From contig NC_067403.1 of NCBI RefSeq assembly GCF_016432865.1, positions 256,804,001-256,868,000 of the forward strand: a stretch of 64,000 nucleotides of DNA, written 5' to 3'. Position 1 is the stretch's first letter. Every line of letters starts with the position of its first letter. This stretch comes from Antechinus flavipes. Its lineage: Eukaryota. The translations under genes were made by a program, and so were the position numbers. The notes beneath the pieces are model-generated. The model was not told where the DNA came from and searched no databases. It worked only from the letters and a program-made list of their open reading frames with translations. Positions 1-11,372 of this stretch are shown here, piece after piece.

Positions 1-1511
1 GCATCTCTATCTCCATGTGAATCTGGGAGGCCGTCTGGGAAAGTGGACTTGAAAAGCTTGAGCAGAGAGAGGGCTTGGACTAGATGACTTCTAAGGTCCC
101 TTTTAGCTCAAACTATGAAGGGCTTCTATGGGCCTCCAAACAAGTGAGACTCGGTGGCAGAGGAGGCTTAAATCTTCATGGATAGAGAAAGTTGCTCCTT
201 AGGAAAGACACACGTATATCTTTGTACGTGTACTTTTGACCAGAAATTGAAAATTTGACTATATCAAAATCAAACCTCAGATTGTCGAGTTGTTAGATTG
301 CATAATTTCATCTTTTAAGTAATCAAGAAAACTTCAATCTTTCCATTTGTTCATTTACTCCTAAGAATCCCAATCAAGCTGATCGCAAGGTAGCCTGTAC
401 TGGGGAGACTGGATTATATCCAAAGTAATGTCTCAAGCAGAGAAATCCCAGGCTTGGGAGAAAGAAGCCAGGGAGAAAACATAGTCCTTTGGCCGTTTCC
501 AAATTCCGGCTCAGATGGTCAGTGAACCTTTTTCCTCATCACTCCTACTATTTGGAGGCTGTTTCCTCTTTCTAGTTAAAAAAAAAAACAAACAAACCCA
601 ATTCCCTGTGGCTGTCCCTAGTAGGTGTGTATTTGGTGAGTATCATAACCTGTCTCTTAGAATGTTCTCTAAACTCGGCCACGGGACAGAAGTGGGAGAA
701 CCGTGGGATCTGGATCTGGATCTGGGAAAGATTCTCTCAGACCTGTGGAGTCCACAGAAAACGCAATGGATTCTTCTACTAGACTTTGCATTTGAGGACC
801 AACTTCAGGATCTATACTTTGGACAAAACTGTAAAACCAGCGAGGTACAGTCTTGGCCTTTCCATCCCATCGTCCTACTTGGAACCTTCACGCTGCCTGC
901 CCCCTGATAACCAGGACAATGCACACATTCTCTTTCTCCAGATTCTCCCCTTTCAAAACCTAGTCCCAGGCAAAGGGCCGATGGCATTGGTGTGTCTTTG
1001 GGTTCCCTGGTGAAGCCCAGAGAAAGAAATACAGCTCCATCGGGGGCTTCAGCTGTCAACAACAGTCTGGAGATGTGGGTGTGGGAGGAGGGTAAGCCAC
1101 AGTCCATCAGCCTCTGCCTTCTCTAACTGCTGATTAAGCCAGACCCGAGAGAGACCCTTATTCCTTTAAACTCTTCAGCGACTAGATTCGAACCAAGCAT
1201 CCCTCGGAACTAGAGTAGAATGAGATGCTCAAGCGTTCTCCCTGCCAATCCCGTTTCATTCACTCACTCATTCAGACCCAGACGTACCAGAGCTCGGCTA
1301 TATCAATTGACATAAGCTGGCCAACCTGGGGCCTGCAGAGCGGCAATTTTCATCCTATAGCTATACTATATTATAATAAAATATGAACTCAACTAAAATC
1401 TCCAATTAGAAGAGATTTGTTCCTAACCCACCCCAGTGGGCCTGGATTTCTGAGATATTCTATCACCCGGCTGACCCATCCGGGGACTGGGGAGGGGATA
1501 ATGTTTGCTGT

Positions 1512-4175
1512 TTAGTTACTTGTGTGAGAGGAAGTAAGGCCGTTTTCTAGGTTTCCTGTGATTTTCGGGATAAGGGAAGGCAGTCGGGAGCTCCTTTGGA
1601 CACGGACCAGGTTCTTGGCCCGCCTTTCCTGCTGCAGCCAGTACAACATCTCCACTTTGTCCTTCTTCATCTTTTCCAGATAGCACCGCCCCTTGTAGGT
1701 CACCGAGTCCCCAAAGGTGACCTGGATATCTCGCAGGAGCTTGGCCAGCAAGGTCTCAATTGCTTTAATCCTCTGGTATAAGCTGCTGCGAATCTGGGAC
1801 TCGTCTTGCAAGCGCCAAAGGTCATAATCGACCTTCAGGAAGAAGCGGTTGGGGTCAGAGGCCTCTTGCTCAAAGCGTTCCAGCTGTGCTAACAAGATCT
1901 CTCGCTCCTGGATGGGGTGCAAGGCCTTCTCCCAGGCGCTCACCAGGGCAGGGAGCTGCCCCAACCGGACATTGGAGCTGTACTTGATGGCCATGTCCAG
2001 CCGGTCCTTGTCCGGCACCTGCAGGATTGCCCAGATCCTCTCGAGTCGCCTCTGAAGTTGCTTCGCTTCCTTGTAGTCCCCTAGGGATTTGCTGCTCTCG
2101 GCTCCCAGGCCGTACTCCAGGACCGAGTTGGCATCCCAGAACCCTGGCACAAACTCCCCGACATCCTCCTCCTGTCCCAGTGGAGGCACAGGTGGGAGTT
2201 GTAGGGTGTCTTTGGAGGTGACAAGAGTCTTCACAGGTTCATCTTCTGGGTACATGTGGAAGATCACATGGAGAAAGTCACACTCCTGGGTAGCCAGATA
2301 CAAAAAGTAGTCATCTGTGGTCAGGGTGGTTCTCCACCAGCGCAGCCAGGAAGACTTGTTTCTGAACCACCGCTTGGTTCCCCTGGGACCCAGTGGGGCA
2401 AACCTATTGTAGGATAAAGAAGGAAATCTGTGCTTTCCGATGCCGTCCAGGGCAGGGTTGATGATTCGCATGTTGGGATCCGTGTTCAGAAAGCCTGACA
2501 TCGCATATCTGGTCCAGTCCTGGTCAGAAGTGGGCTCCACAAGGGGCCCCCGATCAAAATCCAGATAGTCGGCAGAGACGCGACTCAAAAGCTCCTTGTA
2601 GATCTCCTGGATCCTAGCCCCAGCAAAGAGGATGTTGTCCAGCTCTTCCACGGCTTTGCCGTCCAGTTCGCCAGACAGGTGGTTATAGAGAACGTTTTCC
2701 TCCTTCAGGTAGAAGCTGTCCCGGAAGGCCCGATCTGACACTCTGGCCGCTGCGGCCTTCAGAATGGTCTGATCTTTCCACCGCAGGTCCACGGTGACTG
2801 GCTGTGGGTGCTCAGTGGCTGGGAATTTTACGATGGGCTTGTAGTCCCATTTTCCAGAGTCTTCTTCTTCTTGGAGAGTCTTCAATATTCTCTGCAGCTC
2901 TTCCATTCGGAGGTGGCCGTTGGGGAGTCGGGTTAAGGCCCCCAGCAGAGGGGGGAGGGCCGAGCTCTGGAGGGGTTTCTTGGACCATTCCACCATGAGG
3001 TTTTTCTTCATGTGCTTGAGGTCCTCCGAAGGTGTGCCGATGAAGGACTCCGTTCCCGTCTTCAGGCCGAGGATCAGCGGGGTTAGAGTTCGAGGGGGAA
3101 AGGAACATATGCCCAGTTCGTCTGAAAGCTTCTGACCTTCTCTCATGTTGGGCAAAGAGCAGCACTTCCTGGGGATGTGCAGCTGCAGGAAAGTCCCCAT
3201 CTCCAGGCCTTTCTCCAAGGTCAAAGCCTCTGAGGGGCGAATCTTCTGGGCAGAGGCGTCCTCAAACCTGGAGGGCTTGGGGGTCTGAGCGGGCAGCCAG
3301 CGCAGGTACTTTTTCATGTCCAGGTCCGGGATGGAGCGCAGCCCCTTTAAAGCGTCCGGGCAAGGCCTCACTGAGAGGTATGCCGGTCGGCTCAGGGAAA
3401 TCAAGTAGCTCATGTTCAGGGCGGCGCAGGGGATGTCGGAGAAGCCCGTGCTGTGCGGCCAGGGCAGCGGGCAGAGCCGGGAGGCCTGGAAGGCGCCGAT
3501 GGTTTGCTGGGGAAAGAGAGCCTGCTTGCGGAAATCCTCGGGCTTGGGGGGCCCCATGTGGAAGGGGCGGAGGCCCTGCAGGTCTATGAAGTCGTTCACG
3601 AGGCTGCGGTAGACCTGAGGGCTGGTCAGGAAGCGGGAGCAGTCCACGGCCAGGTAGGCCGACAGGCGGGTGAGCGTGGCGGGCTCGGTGAGCACGGACT
3701 CGATCTGGGGCTTCATCAGGGTGATGAGCAGGTGCAGGTAGTGCACGAAGAGCTGCTCCGACGCCAGCACCACGTGCGTCTCCACGCGCTGGCGCAGCGT
3801 CTGCTGGTCCCGCGGGCTGAGGCTCGGCTCGGGAGGCGGCATCTGCCAGCCGTAGCGCAGCTCCGCCAGGATCACGTCCAGCAGCCGCTGCCGGTCCTCG
3901 TGGGGCACTTCGTGCGAGATGCCCACGCGGAACAGCCGGTCCGACACCAGCATGCACAGAGAGCCCGGAGACAGCTGCTCCATGAAGTAGGCGTCCCGTC
4001 CCACTCGGGCCTCTCTCTTCATCTGAGACGGGGGCAGCGGCTCGGGGGTCGTCGGGAGCTGTATCCCCTCCTCCGGGAACAGCGACAGCGGCTCCAAGAG
4101 CTGCTGGTACACCTTCTGGATCTCCGGGTCTGCCGTCCTGTCCATCGGCGGCTGCCTGCGCTTCCTTTGCTCCAT
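1512..4175 (-). CDS. CCDC87: Coiled-coil domain-containing protein 87, intronless, 887 aa from the likely start MEQRKRRQPP (ATG at 4175). The ORF-track start at 4460 adds 95 in-frame codons that probably lie in the promoter/5' leader.
   Basis: Recognisable motifs (LLEPLSLFP, EPATLTRL, CPLPWPHSTGF, DFLHVIF, DMAIKYSS, ASDPNRFF, KVEMLYWLQQ); single exon; head-to-head with CCS as in human; strong Kozak context gcgATGG. Confidence 0.95.
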   Translation of the reverse strand: MEQRKRRQPPMDRTADPEIQKVYQQLLEPLSLFPEEGIQLPTTPEPLPPSQMKREARVGRDAYFMEQLSPGSLCMLVSDRLFRVGISHEVPHEDRQRLLDVILAELRYGWQMPPPEPSLSPRDQQTLRQRVETHVVLASEQLFVHYLHLLITLMKPQIESVLTEPATLTRLSAYLAVDCSRFLTSPQVYRSLVNDFIDLQGLRPFHMGPPKPEDFRKQALFPQQTIGAFQASRLCPLPWPHSTGFSDIPCAALNMSYLISLSRPAYLSVRPCPDALKGLRSIPDLDMKKYLRWLPAQTPKPSRFEDASAQKIRPSEALTLEKGLEMGTFLQLHIPRKCCSLPNMREGQKLSDELGICSFPPRTLTPLILGLKTGTESFIGTPSEDLKHMKKNLMVEWSKKPLQSSALPPLLGALTRLPNGHLRMEELQRILKTLQEEEDSGKWDYKPIVKFPATEHPQPVTVDLRWKDQTILKAAAARVSDRAFRDSFYLKEENVLYNHLSGELDGKAVEELDNILFAGARIQEIYKELLSRVSADYLDFDRGPLVEPTSDQDWTRYAMSGFLNTDPNMRIINPALDGIGKHRFPSLSYNRFAPLGPRGTKRWFRNKSSWLRWWRTTLTTDDYFLYLATQECDFLHVIFHMYPEDEPVKTLVTSKDTLQLPPVPPLGQEEDVGEFVPGFWDANSVLEYGLGAESSKSLGDYKEAKQLQRRLERIWAILQVPDKDRLDMAIKYSSNVRLGQLPALVSAWEKALHPIQEREILLAQLERFEQEASDPNRFFLKVDYDLWRLQDESQIRSSLYQRIKAIETLLAKLLRDIQVTFGDSVTYKGRCYLEKMKKDKVEMLYWLQQERRAKNLVRVQRSSRLPSLIPKITGNLENGLTSSHTSN

Positions 4176-4682
4176 CGCTGCGGCTGCTGCCTGATCCCCG
4201 AGGACCTGGCGGGGGGAGCCTCCGAGCCTCCAAGGGCGGATCCTCAGACGCCTGAGGCAGCCGGCTCCCGGAGGATCTGTTGGTGCCTCCCGGCGCCGGG
4301 ACGCGTCGCTATGGAGACAACTCCGGAAAAGGAAGGGGCCGAACCCGTGGGCTCTCGACCCTGGCCAATGGCCGCACGCGGTCGGGAGGATGGGCGCGAG
4401 AGAGCTGAACCTATGAGACCGCAGGGGAAGAACGTAAGGTACCTCCCCTTCTGGGCTCATCTAACTGGTGAGTGGCTCACCGCGCTCCCGAGGAGGAAGG
4501 GGGCGGAGCCTCAGCCTACGCGAGGTCTTGAGACTTCGCTTCCTTTCTGCGGATCTGAGTGGCTGGGGCCCAGGAAAGAAACACGTGAAAGGGGCCAAAG
4601 GTCTCGAGGCTCCGCCCCCGCCAGTCGACTTCTGGACTTGTGGCGCCTTTGGGAGAATCGCCCTGGCTCTGGGAGGTGGAAG
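4176..4682. promoter_or_regulatory. Bidirectional CpG-island promoter shared by CCDC87 and CCS
   Basis: About 0.5 kb between divergent ATGs; CpG-rich; CCAAT near 4364; GC boxes near 4500 and 4611. Confidence 0.8.
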
Positions 4683-4745
4683 ATGGCCTCCGTAGCGGCA
4701 GCGGCGGCCCCTGCGCGGGTGGGAGACAGCAAGACAGCGTGCACG
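4683..4745 (+). CDS. CCS: Copper chaperone for SOD1, coding exon 1 (MASVAAAAAPARVGDSKTACT)
   Basis: ATG at 4683; donor ACG|gtgagc; 63 nt. Confidence 0.9.
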
Positions 4746-4969
4746 GTGAGCGGGCTCACGAACCTCGTAGGGGGGGCGGACGGGCCGGTCGCAGGCGGGA
4801 CGCTCCGAGGGAGCCTTGGCTGCGGAGTCACGGCTAGTTGGGGAGCCCCCCCCCACCTGGCAGAACCGTGCCCCTCGCCTTTGTCCCCGCCCCCGGCCAT
4901 CGCGGTCCCCCCCTCCACTCTGGCCCCTCGGCCAAGTCCCGCCCCTTGACATGACCCTGCCTCCCACAG

Positions 4970-5042
4970 CTGGAGTTCGCCGTGCAAATGAGCTGCCAAA
5001 GCTGCGTGGACAGGGTGCGGGCGTCCCTGCGGGGCGTGGCAG
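4970..5042 (+). CDS. CCS: CCS exon 2, HMA/ATX1-like domain with MSCQSC metal-binding motif
   Basis: cacag|CTGGAG ... GCAG|gtgag; LEFAVQMSCQSCVDRVRASLRGVA; 73 nt. Confidence 0.97.
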
Positions 5043-6907
5043 GTGAGAGTGCGGGCGCCTGCGTTCCAACCCCTTCCCTCCCGCCGCCCGCCTTTGAGCC
5101 TCCCTCCTCGCGGTCAGAGTGATGGTCCCGGGGCAGCCTCCAGGCCTCGGGCCGTGTCCTGGGGAATTGTTTTTCTGGAGCCTTCGTCCCCTTGAGCTTT
5201 CTGCACACCCGACTGTGCCCTCGCCGCCCGCCTTCCTGACCGCTTCCCCCCTCGCGAGCCTGACCCACCCTTCCTCAGTCTTTGCTGCATCTTCCTCCCC
5301 AGGTGGGGGGGACCCCGAGGCGCTGCCCCTCGTTCCCTGTGCCTGTGGGTGGTGACTGCCCTTCTCACTGAGAGGTCCAAACCCCCTCCCCAATATCGTC
5401 TCCAGGTCTGAGCTTAGCTGCCCCCCCCCCCCAGCCTGTGCTTTACTCTCCAGATCTTTCAGGGCCCCTGGGGATTTCTGGCAGGTGCTTAAATGGGCAT
5501 CTCCCCTCCTGTTTGCTCCCAGAATCCCCCGCTCCAAGCGGCCTCGCTGCAGTCCGCCTCCATGGCTACCTCTTGTTCTCTCCTCCGGGCCCCCCTCCTG
5601 AAAGCTTTCTGCCGGCCTCAGGGACCCGAGCTTCTGCTCCAGCTCCCGCCTCCGTCCTTTTGCCCAGGCTCTTCCCCCGGCCAGGATGCCTTCCCTCCTC
5701 CTTTCTGGCTCAGAATCCTTGTGCCGTCAGGGTTCCACTCCGCAGCCTCACGTGGTGTCCTGCCTTGGAGCCCCACCCGTGTCCCCCACTCCTCTTGTAC
5801 CAGAGCAGTAGCTAGGGGGGCAGGGCTAGGAGGCGCACGGCCTAGGGGCCTGGGCTTGTGGCTCCCAGAGGGAAGCTGGGAGGGGCCTGGGAGCCTGGCT
5901 CTCTGACTGCCTGCTTTCTGGGCCTCAGGTGGAGGTCTCTCCCCCCACCGCGGAGGCACAGGGAGGACGGGGCCGCCCCGAACCCCCAAGCGGTGTCTGC
6001 ATCTGGACATTCTCACTCCGGGTCCCCTGGCCCTTCCCTTCCGATCTCTGGCAAACATTTCCCGGGAGGGGCCTGGCCCGGGGTAGCCAGTGGGCCCTGC
6101 AGCCGGGCAGTCCTGGATTCAAGTCTTGCGTGAGCCTGGAAAGCAAACCTTGAGGGCCCCGCGCTAGTCTGGCCCGAGATGCAGGCGAACGCCTACAAAT
6201 GGGCGAGTTGTCCTGGAAGGAGAGCAAGAGAACGTTGTCCAGGACCTGGGGAGTCTCCGCACGGCAGCTTGTTGGGTTTTCAACTTCAAGCAGACTCAGC
6301 CGGCTTTTCCCTCCCCTTCTGTGCCTTTTTAAAAATGCGTCACTAGATTCTTTTTTGGTCTGGCCGTCCCTCCCCAGTGACCAGGAAGTAGAATCGGGCC
6401 ACGGGCTCCCGGGAAACGGCCTCCGTGGTGGGAGGGAGGCTGCGCTGCACGGACCGGTTTTCCAGGGTCCCCGAGCCAGCACTTCCCCCACGGGGTTTGT
6501 GGTGAGCCTCGAGTGGCCCCTCGTGGTGGCTCTGTGCGGGGCCCGGATCAGGCCTGGGGCATCATGGTTACTTGTGGCAGCCAGATGGCCCCGGCCTAAG
6601 GCACAAGTTCCGATGGAGCCTCAGACATTCCCTAGCTGGGACAGGTCACTTAACCCCAACGGCCTCCAAGAACAGGCTGTAGCCCCCGTCCCCAGCTGGT
6701 CAGGCTGCCCGGCGTCCTGCCTGGGGTGAGCCCAGTCTGCCCGCGGGTCCGTGTGCCCCGGCTCGGGGCGCCAAGGTGGGCGCTCGAGCTTCTCTTGGCT
6801 CATCTGGGAGCCCTTGGGGCAGCCTGAGCCCCAGGAGAGGCCCTGGGCTGGGGCAGCGGCCTTCTTCCCTTCCCTGCATCTTCCTCCTCCTCCCTTCGTT
6901 CTCACAG

Positions 6908-7045
6908 GTATCCAGGGAATGGAGGTGCAGCTGGAGAATCAGAGCGTCCTCGTGACCACCACCCTGCCCAGCCAGGAGGTGCAGGATCTCCTGGAGAGTA
7001 CAGGGTGCCAGGCAGTGCTCAAGGGCATGGGCAGCCACATGCTCC
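6908..7045 (+). CDS. CCS: CCS exon 3
   Basis: cacag|GTATCC ... CTCC|gtgag; GIQGMEVQLENQSVLVTTTLPSQEVQDLLESTGCQAVLKGMGS; 138 nt. Confidence 0.97.
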
Positions 7046-7327
7046 GTGAGAACCCGGGGCTGAGGGGGGAGGCGGGGAAAGGGGGCAGAAGGGGAGGTGG
7101 GGGGCTGGGACAAGGCCGGGATAGCTTTCCAAGCCAGCTTCTTGGCTTCTGGCGCGGAAGAGATCTTCAGGTACCGGGGTCGCCACATCCTGAGAATAGG
7201 CAGGCTCGTCCTGGTTAGAAGAGGGGCCCTGGGGTCAGTGTGGGCTGGGGAAGGCGGCCCCGTGGCCACGGTGGGGGGTCGGTGTGGGCTGGGGAAGGCA
7301 GCTCACCCGTCTTACCTGATCTTGCAG

Positions 7328-7505
7328 AGAACCTGGGGGCAGCCGTGGCCATGATAGGGCAGCCTGGGGCCGTCCAGGGAGTTGTGCGTTTCTTACAAGT
7401 GTCCCCCAAATGCTGCCTCATCGAGGGGACGATCGATGGCCTAGAGCCTGGGCCCCACGGCCTCCATGTCCATCAGTATGGGGACTTGACCCAGAACTGT
7501 GCCAG
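7328..7505 (+). CDS. CCS: CCS exon 4, SOD-like domain II
   Basis: tgcag|AGAACC ... GCCAG|gtggg; NLGAAVA...HGLHVHQYGDLTQNCA; 178 nt. Confidence 0.97.
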
Positions 7506-8114
7506 GTGGGTAGGAGCCCTTGGGGATGACTTTAATCTGCTTCGTGTCCCCCTGTTTTCTAGGCACTTGTGCCCCATGAGCCAGTTAGCTCCCAAAGGAG
7601 GGCAGGACACAGAACTCTCCCTTACAGAGCCTCCTCGGCCCCCTCCTGCTGCTAGGTGACCTCCCGGGATTTCGGGCCCAGCCCCCCTCCCAGACCAGTC
7701 CCCAGAGTGGTTCCCCCAGCCAGGACAGTCCACACTGCCCGCCGAGTGCCCCTCAGGGCTCCTTCCTCATTCCCCTTGCTGTCAGTGGCCTGCCTCTCCA
7801 TCCAGTCACTTTGGGTTCATTTGGAAACATATCCATGGACTCGATTTACCCATTTATGAATAGGCTGCCCCTATGGGGCCTACATGGGCCCGGTATCCCA
7901 TAGGAGCTTAATAAATGCTTGTTGATTGCTTGCTAATGAGAGATTTGGGAGTGCTTAGGAGCCAAATAGAGTCCAAAAGCTGAAAGGCTCAGTGGGCCCT
8001 GCTGGGAGGCAGCAGCCCCAGGGTGGTCTGGGTGGGAAGGACCTGATGGTGGGGGAGGGGAGCAGGCCCCACTTGCTGAGCTCCTCCAGGTCCATAAATG
8101 CTTTTGGGTTGTAG

Positions 8115-8175
8115 CTGTGGCGACCACTTCAACCCGGATGGGATGCCTCATGGCGGCCCCCAGGACACCCAGCGG
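8115..8175 (+). CDS. CCS: CCS exon 5
   Basis: gtag|CTGTGG ... CGG|gtaagt; CGDHFNPDGMPHGGPQDTQR; 61 nt. Confidence 0.97.
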
Positions 8176-8336
8176 GTAAGTGTTGGGCCAGGAAGGGCTC
8201 GCATGAAGGTCTGGTCTGGGGGGCATGGGGCTCTCAGGGGCCGCAGCAGTGGGCAGGGGGGGGGCCCCCAGGGAAGTCCCCTGGCCGCTCTGGCCCAGAG
8301 CCAGGGCGGCCTCCGCAGCTCTTGTGCCCTTCCCAG

Positions 8337-8414
8337 CACCGCGGAGATCTGGGAAACGTCTACGCTGGGTCCGACGGGAGAGCCACCTTCAGGCTGGAGG
8401 ATGAGCAGCTCCAG
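8337..8414 (+). CDS. CCS: CCS exon 6
   Basis: cccag|CACCGC ... CAG|gtgag; HRGDLGNVYAGSDGRATFRLEDEQLQ; 78 nt. Confidence 0.97.
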
Positions 8415-8489
8415 GTGAGGGGCTGAGTGGAGGCTGGGGGGGCCAATCCCTCCCATCCGGGCAGGGCCTCAGAGCTACCTCCTCCGCAG

Positions 8490-8593
8490 GTGTGGGACAT
8501 CATTGGCCGAAGCTTGGTCATCGATGCAGGCGAGGACGACCTGGGGCAGGGAGGGCACCCTCTCTCCAAGATTACAGGGAACTCTGGAGAAAG
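8490..8593 (+). CDS. CCS: CCS exon 7
   Basis: cgcag|GTGTGG ... AAAG|gtgag; [34 protein letters not shown]. Asp at the position of the SOD1 Cu-ligand His is diagnostic of CCS; 104 nt. Confidence 0.97.
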
Positions 8594-8722
8594 GTGAGGG
8601 CACTGCCCCCTTCTCCTCCCCCCCCTCCCCCCGGGCGTGCTGGGGCGGGGTCTTTTCCTGGAGCCTCCGGAAGGGCCCCTTCACCTTGCCCTTGACCAAG
8701 CGGCACCCGGACTGTCCCATAG

Positions 8723-8876
8723 GCTCGCCTGCGGGATCATCGCTCGCTCCGCCGGCCTCTTCCAGAACCCCAAGCAGATCTGCTCCTGTGACGGCCTCAC
8801 CCTCTGGGACGAGCGGGGCCGGCCCATCGCCGGTGAGGGCCGAAAGAAGCCCCCTCAGACCCCCGCTCACCTTTGA
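8723..8876 (+). CDS. CCS: CCS exon 8, domain III with CSC (CXC) motif and stop
   Basis: catag|GCTCGC; [24 protein letters not shown]...PAHL*. The eight exons sum to 849 nt = 282 aa + stop. Confidence 0.97.
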
Positions 8877-9010
8877 CCTGCCGCCACTGAGACACCCCCG
8901 AGGACTCGGCAGACCTCCCCCATCGAATCAAGTGGAATCAGAAAATCGTTCTGTGGACCAGCCCCTGCCCCTTCCTGCCCCAGGGCCAAGCTGCTCCTGT
9001 CTCTCTTGTA

Positions 9011-9016
9011 ATTAAA
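9011..9016 (+). terminator. CCS: Probable CCS polyadenylation signal (ATTAAA)
   Basis: ATTAAA 135 nt after the stop, followed by a T-rich tract. Confidence 0.7.
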
Positions 9017-9299
9017 GGTTTATTTTCCTATCAGACGTCAGTGCTGGTTCTTTGAGCCCTGGGCAGGGTCTCGCTTCCTTCCCATCCCCCTCGGGACTGG
9101 CAGCCTCGGCTTCTAGGGTACCTTCATTTCTGAGCAGAACCCCTTCCCTCTCTGTGCTGCCCCGCTGGCAGCAGGCACGTGTCCTCCAGGCAGGGAGCAG
9201 CTGGCTCCTTTCTCAAAGTGAAAACCTTTTTCCAGTCGTGGGTGGAACATCATGCCCTCCCCGAAGGTCCTGCTAACACGCGCAGGACTCCTGAGCATG

Positions 9300-9700
9300 A
9301 CCTTAGACTGTCCCATCCTTGAATCCTGCATCCCTGCCCTCGCCTTTGCTCAACCCAACCCCTCTGCTGCCCGTGTCCTCCACGTCACCCGGCCACCCCA
9401 CTGGCCCCAACCTGCCTCTGCTTTTGTAAGTGAACTCGCTCGTCCTAACTGACCTGGGCTCCGAGTCCCTCGCTCGCTCTCTTAAGCCACCAGTATTCTT
9501 AGTAATATTGTGACCTCCCAGTCCCGTCCCAGCCTCCACGGCCTTCGTCACCGCTGGCCATGCTCTCTCTGGGTGTCCTTGCCTCCCAGCCTCCTTTGCT
9601 GGATCTCCCGCCTCCTTGATGGCAGATGGTCCCCTGAGCTTTAAAGGCAGCCCTCGTCTCTCTGCCGGCCTTCGGCCTCTAATCACAAACCTCAGACATT
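9300..9700 (+). mobile_element. Ancient L2/CR1-like LINE RT remnant
   Basis: Degenerate TAFVTAGHAL resembles the L2 RT motif AAFDTVDHSL; pyrimidine-rich L2-like composition. Confidence 0.35.
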
Positions 9701-10510
9701 TATCCTCCCCTCCATCCCGGCTCAGATTTCCTGAGCCATCCCTCCCGGGGTCACCCTCGGCTCCCTACGATCTGATGTCATCTTGCCATTCCCACGGCCA
9801 GGCCATTTCCGCCACGTGCCCCTTTCTCCCACCCCATCACCTCAAACAAGGTTAGGTCACCGGCCTCCCTGTCCCGGAGCTTTCCGGTCAGGTCGATGAC
9901 CTCCCTTAGGTCACGTGTGACTGAGTGACCAACCGATGTCCGCTTATCCCATGTCCTTCCTGTTCTCACGGTGTCCCTCATAAAACAATAGTTACCCCTT
10001 CCATATCTGGGAGGGAGGGATTTTTTGGCCTTCCCTTTGTCCTAGAGAAAAAATAGTCTATATTTAGGTACTAGAAGATAAAATTGAATAATATCCTTAC
10101 AACCGGGGCATTTCTGAGTTTTTAAACTTTTTCTGTGTCATCTACAACTTCTACAACCCCCCCCCCCCCACTTCTCATTTAATTTTTTAGTCCAACCTGC
10201 AATACATTGATAGAGATGCAGAAAGTTCCAGTGTGGATAACTATGCAAAAAAAGAAATTGTACAAAACCGAGTAACAGAAAACAAAGCTTGATGGTAAAC
10301 ATCCAGCACCCGTGGGCCCCTTTCTAGTCATTCATCACGTCTCAAAGCACATTAATAGTCCATTATTCACGTGCCACAGTTTCCAAAGCCTCTCTATCGA
10401 TTGTCATTTTCCCTTTTGGGAATCTTTTCCAATAAATGAGTTTTCTTCCTTTGAGAACTAGCTGTTTATATCCCCTGCATTTATCTCATTTTATATCTGA
10501 ACCAGTTCTC

Positions 10511-10581
10511 CCGACTCTCACCCTAACCAACTCTAACCCGACTCCCGACTCTATCTAACCCTAACCCGACTCTAACCCTAA
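10511..10581. repeat. Degenerate telomere-like hexamer tract (CCCTAA/CTCTAA/CCGACT)
   Basis: Read directly: ccctaaccaactctaacccgactcc...ctaaccctaacccgactctaacccta. Confidence 0.55.
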
Positions 10582-11372
10582 ATTATACAATTATCAAGAA
10601 AGTTGCTCCAAAGATGTTTTCCTCCCAGTTAACTTTCCCTGTTAAACGAGGGCCGAAGGAGACATTTTTTCCTATTTTTCTTGATTTTTTTTTTTTTTAA
10701 ACATGGCTGATGCAGACATTGGTTTTGCATGATTTTACTTATTTGCAATAGGATCGTTCTTCCCTGCCTTCTCAGTGGGTGCAGAGGGAGAGAATTTGGA
10801 ACCAAAAATAAAAGTTAAATAGAATTTAATTCTTTATAGAATAAAAGTCTTCCTCTGCGCGTAGTCGTGAAAGGTTTCGCTTGCCCTTTATTATGTTTAA
10901 TGTCTCAGCCAACCATCCCTCTGAAAATTATTGGGGTACGTGGCGAGAGATGACGACGTAGGCTTGATTTCCTCCAGATTTGCTTTCTAGTTTTGCCAGC
11001 AGTTTCCTTTGTTATCAAATTTGGGGTTTCTTCCTTGGCGTGGGCCTCTGTGTTTCCCTCTAACTTTACAAACCAAAAGACTCCTTTGTGGTCACTGCTC
11101 CCCTATTCGTGTTGTCTCCTGTTGCACATGCAAGCTCCTCATTTTGGAATTATAAGTAAAGAGGTTTAAAAAAAAAAAAACCTTTTGACACAAAGTCTCC
11201 CTAACTTAGGAATATACTGAAGATATATTGAGTATATCTGAATATACTGACTCCACTGTCAGGAGTGTGGGTCCGACCCCAGGAGCCCACCGACTGAAAG
11301 AAAGGCTCTTCATGGGCCAAAACATTGACAGGAGCACCTTTTTCCGGCAGCAAAAACATCAGAAAAAACCTC

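Noticed and set aside
515-1107. Short ORFs and a plus-strand GG|gtaagc donor near 1091
   Set aside because: No recognisable homology (not CTSF-like) and no convincing acceptor.
4176-4460. 95-aa N-terminal extension of CCDC87 from the ORF track
   Set aside because: Homology starts near MEQRK/MDRTADPEIQ; the extension lies in the shared promoter.
3453-4949. 498-aa plus-strand ORF antisense to CCDC87 and in frame with the CCS ATG (410 extra codons)
   Set aside because: Expected from the GC3-rich antisense of CCDC87 plus a CpG island; low-complexity Arg/Gly/Pro peptide; would need a TSS inside CCDC87.
7328-8876. Possible SOD1/SOD3 call for the SOD-like exons
   Set aside because: N-terminal MXCXXC domain, Asp for the Cu-ligand His, and C-terminal CXC identify CCS.
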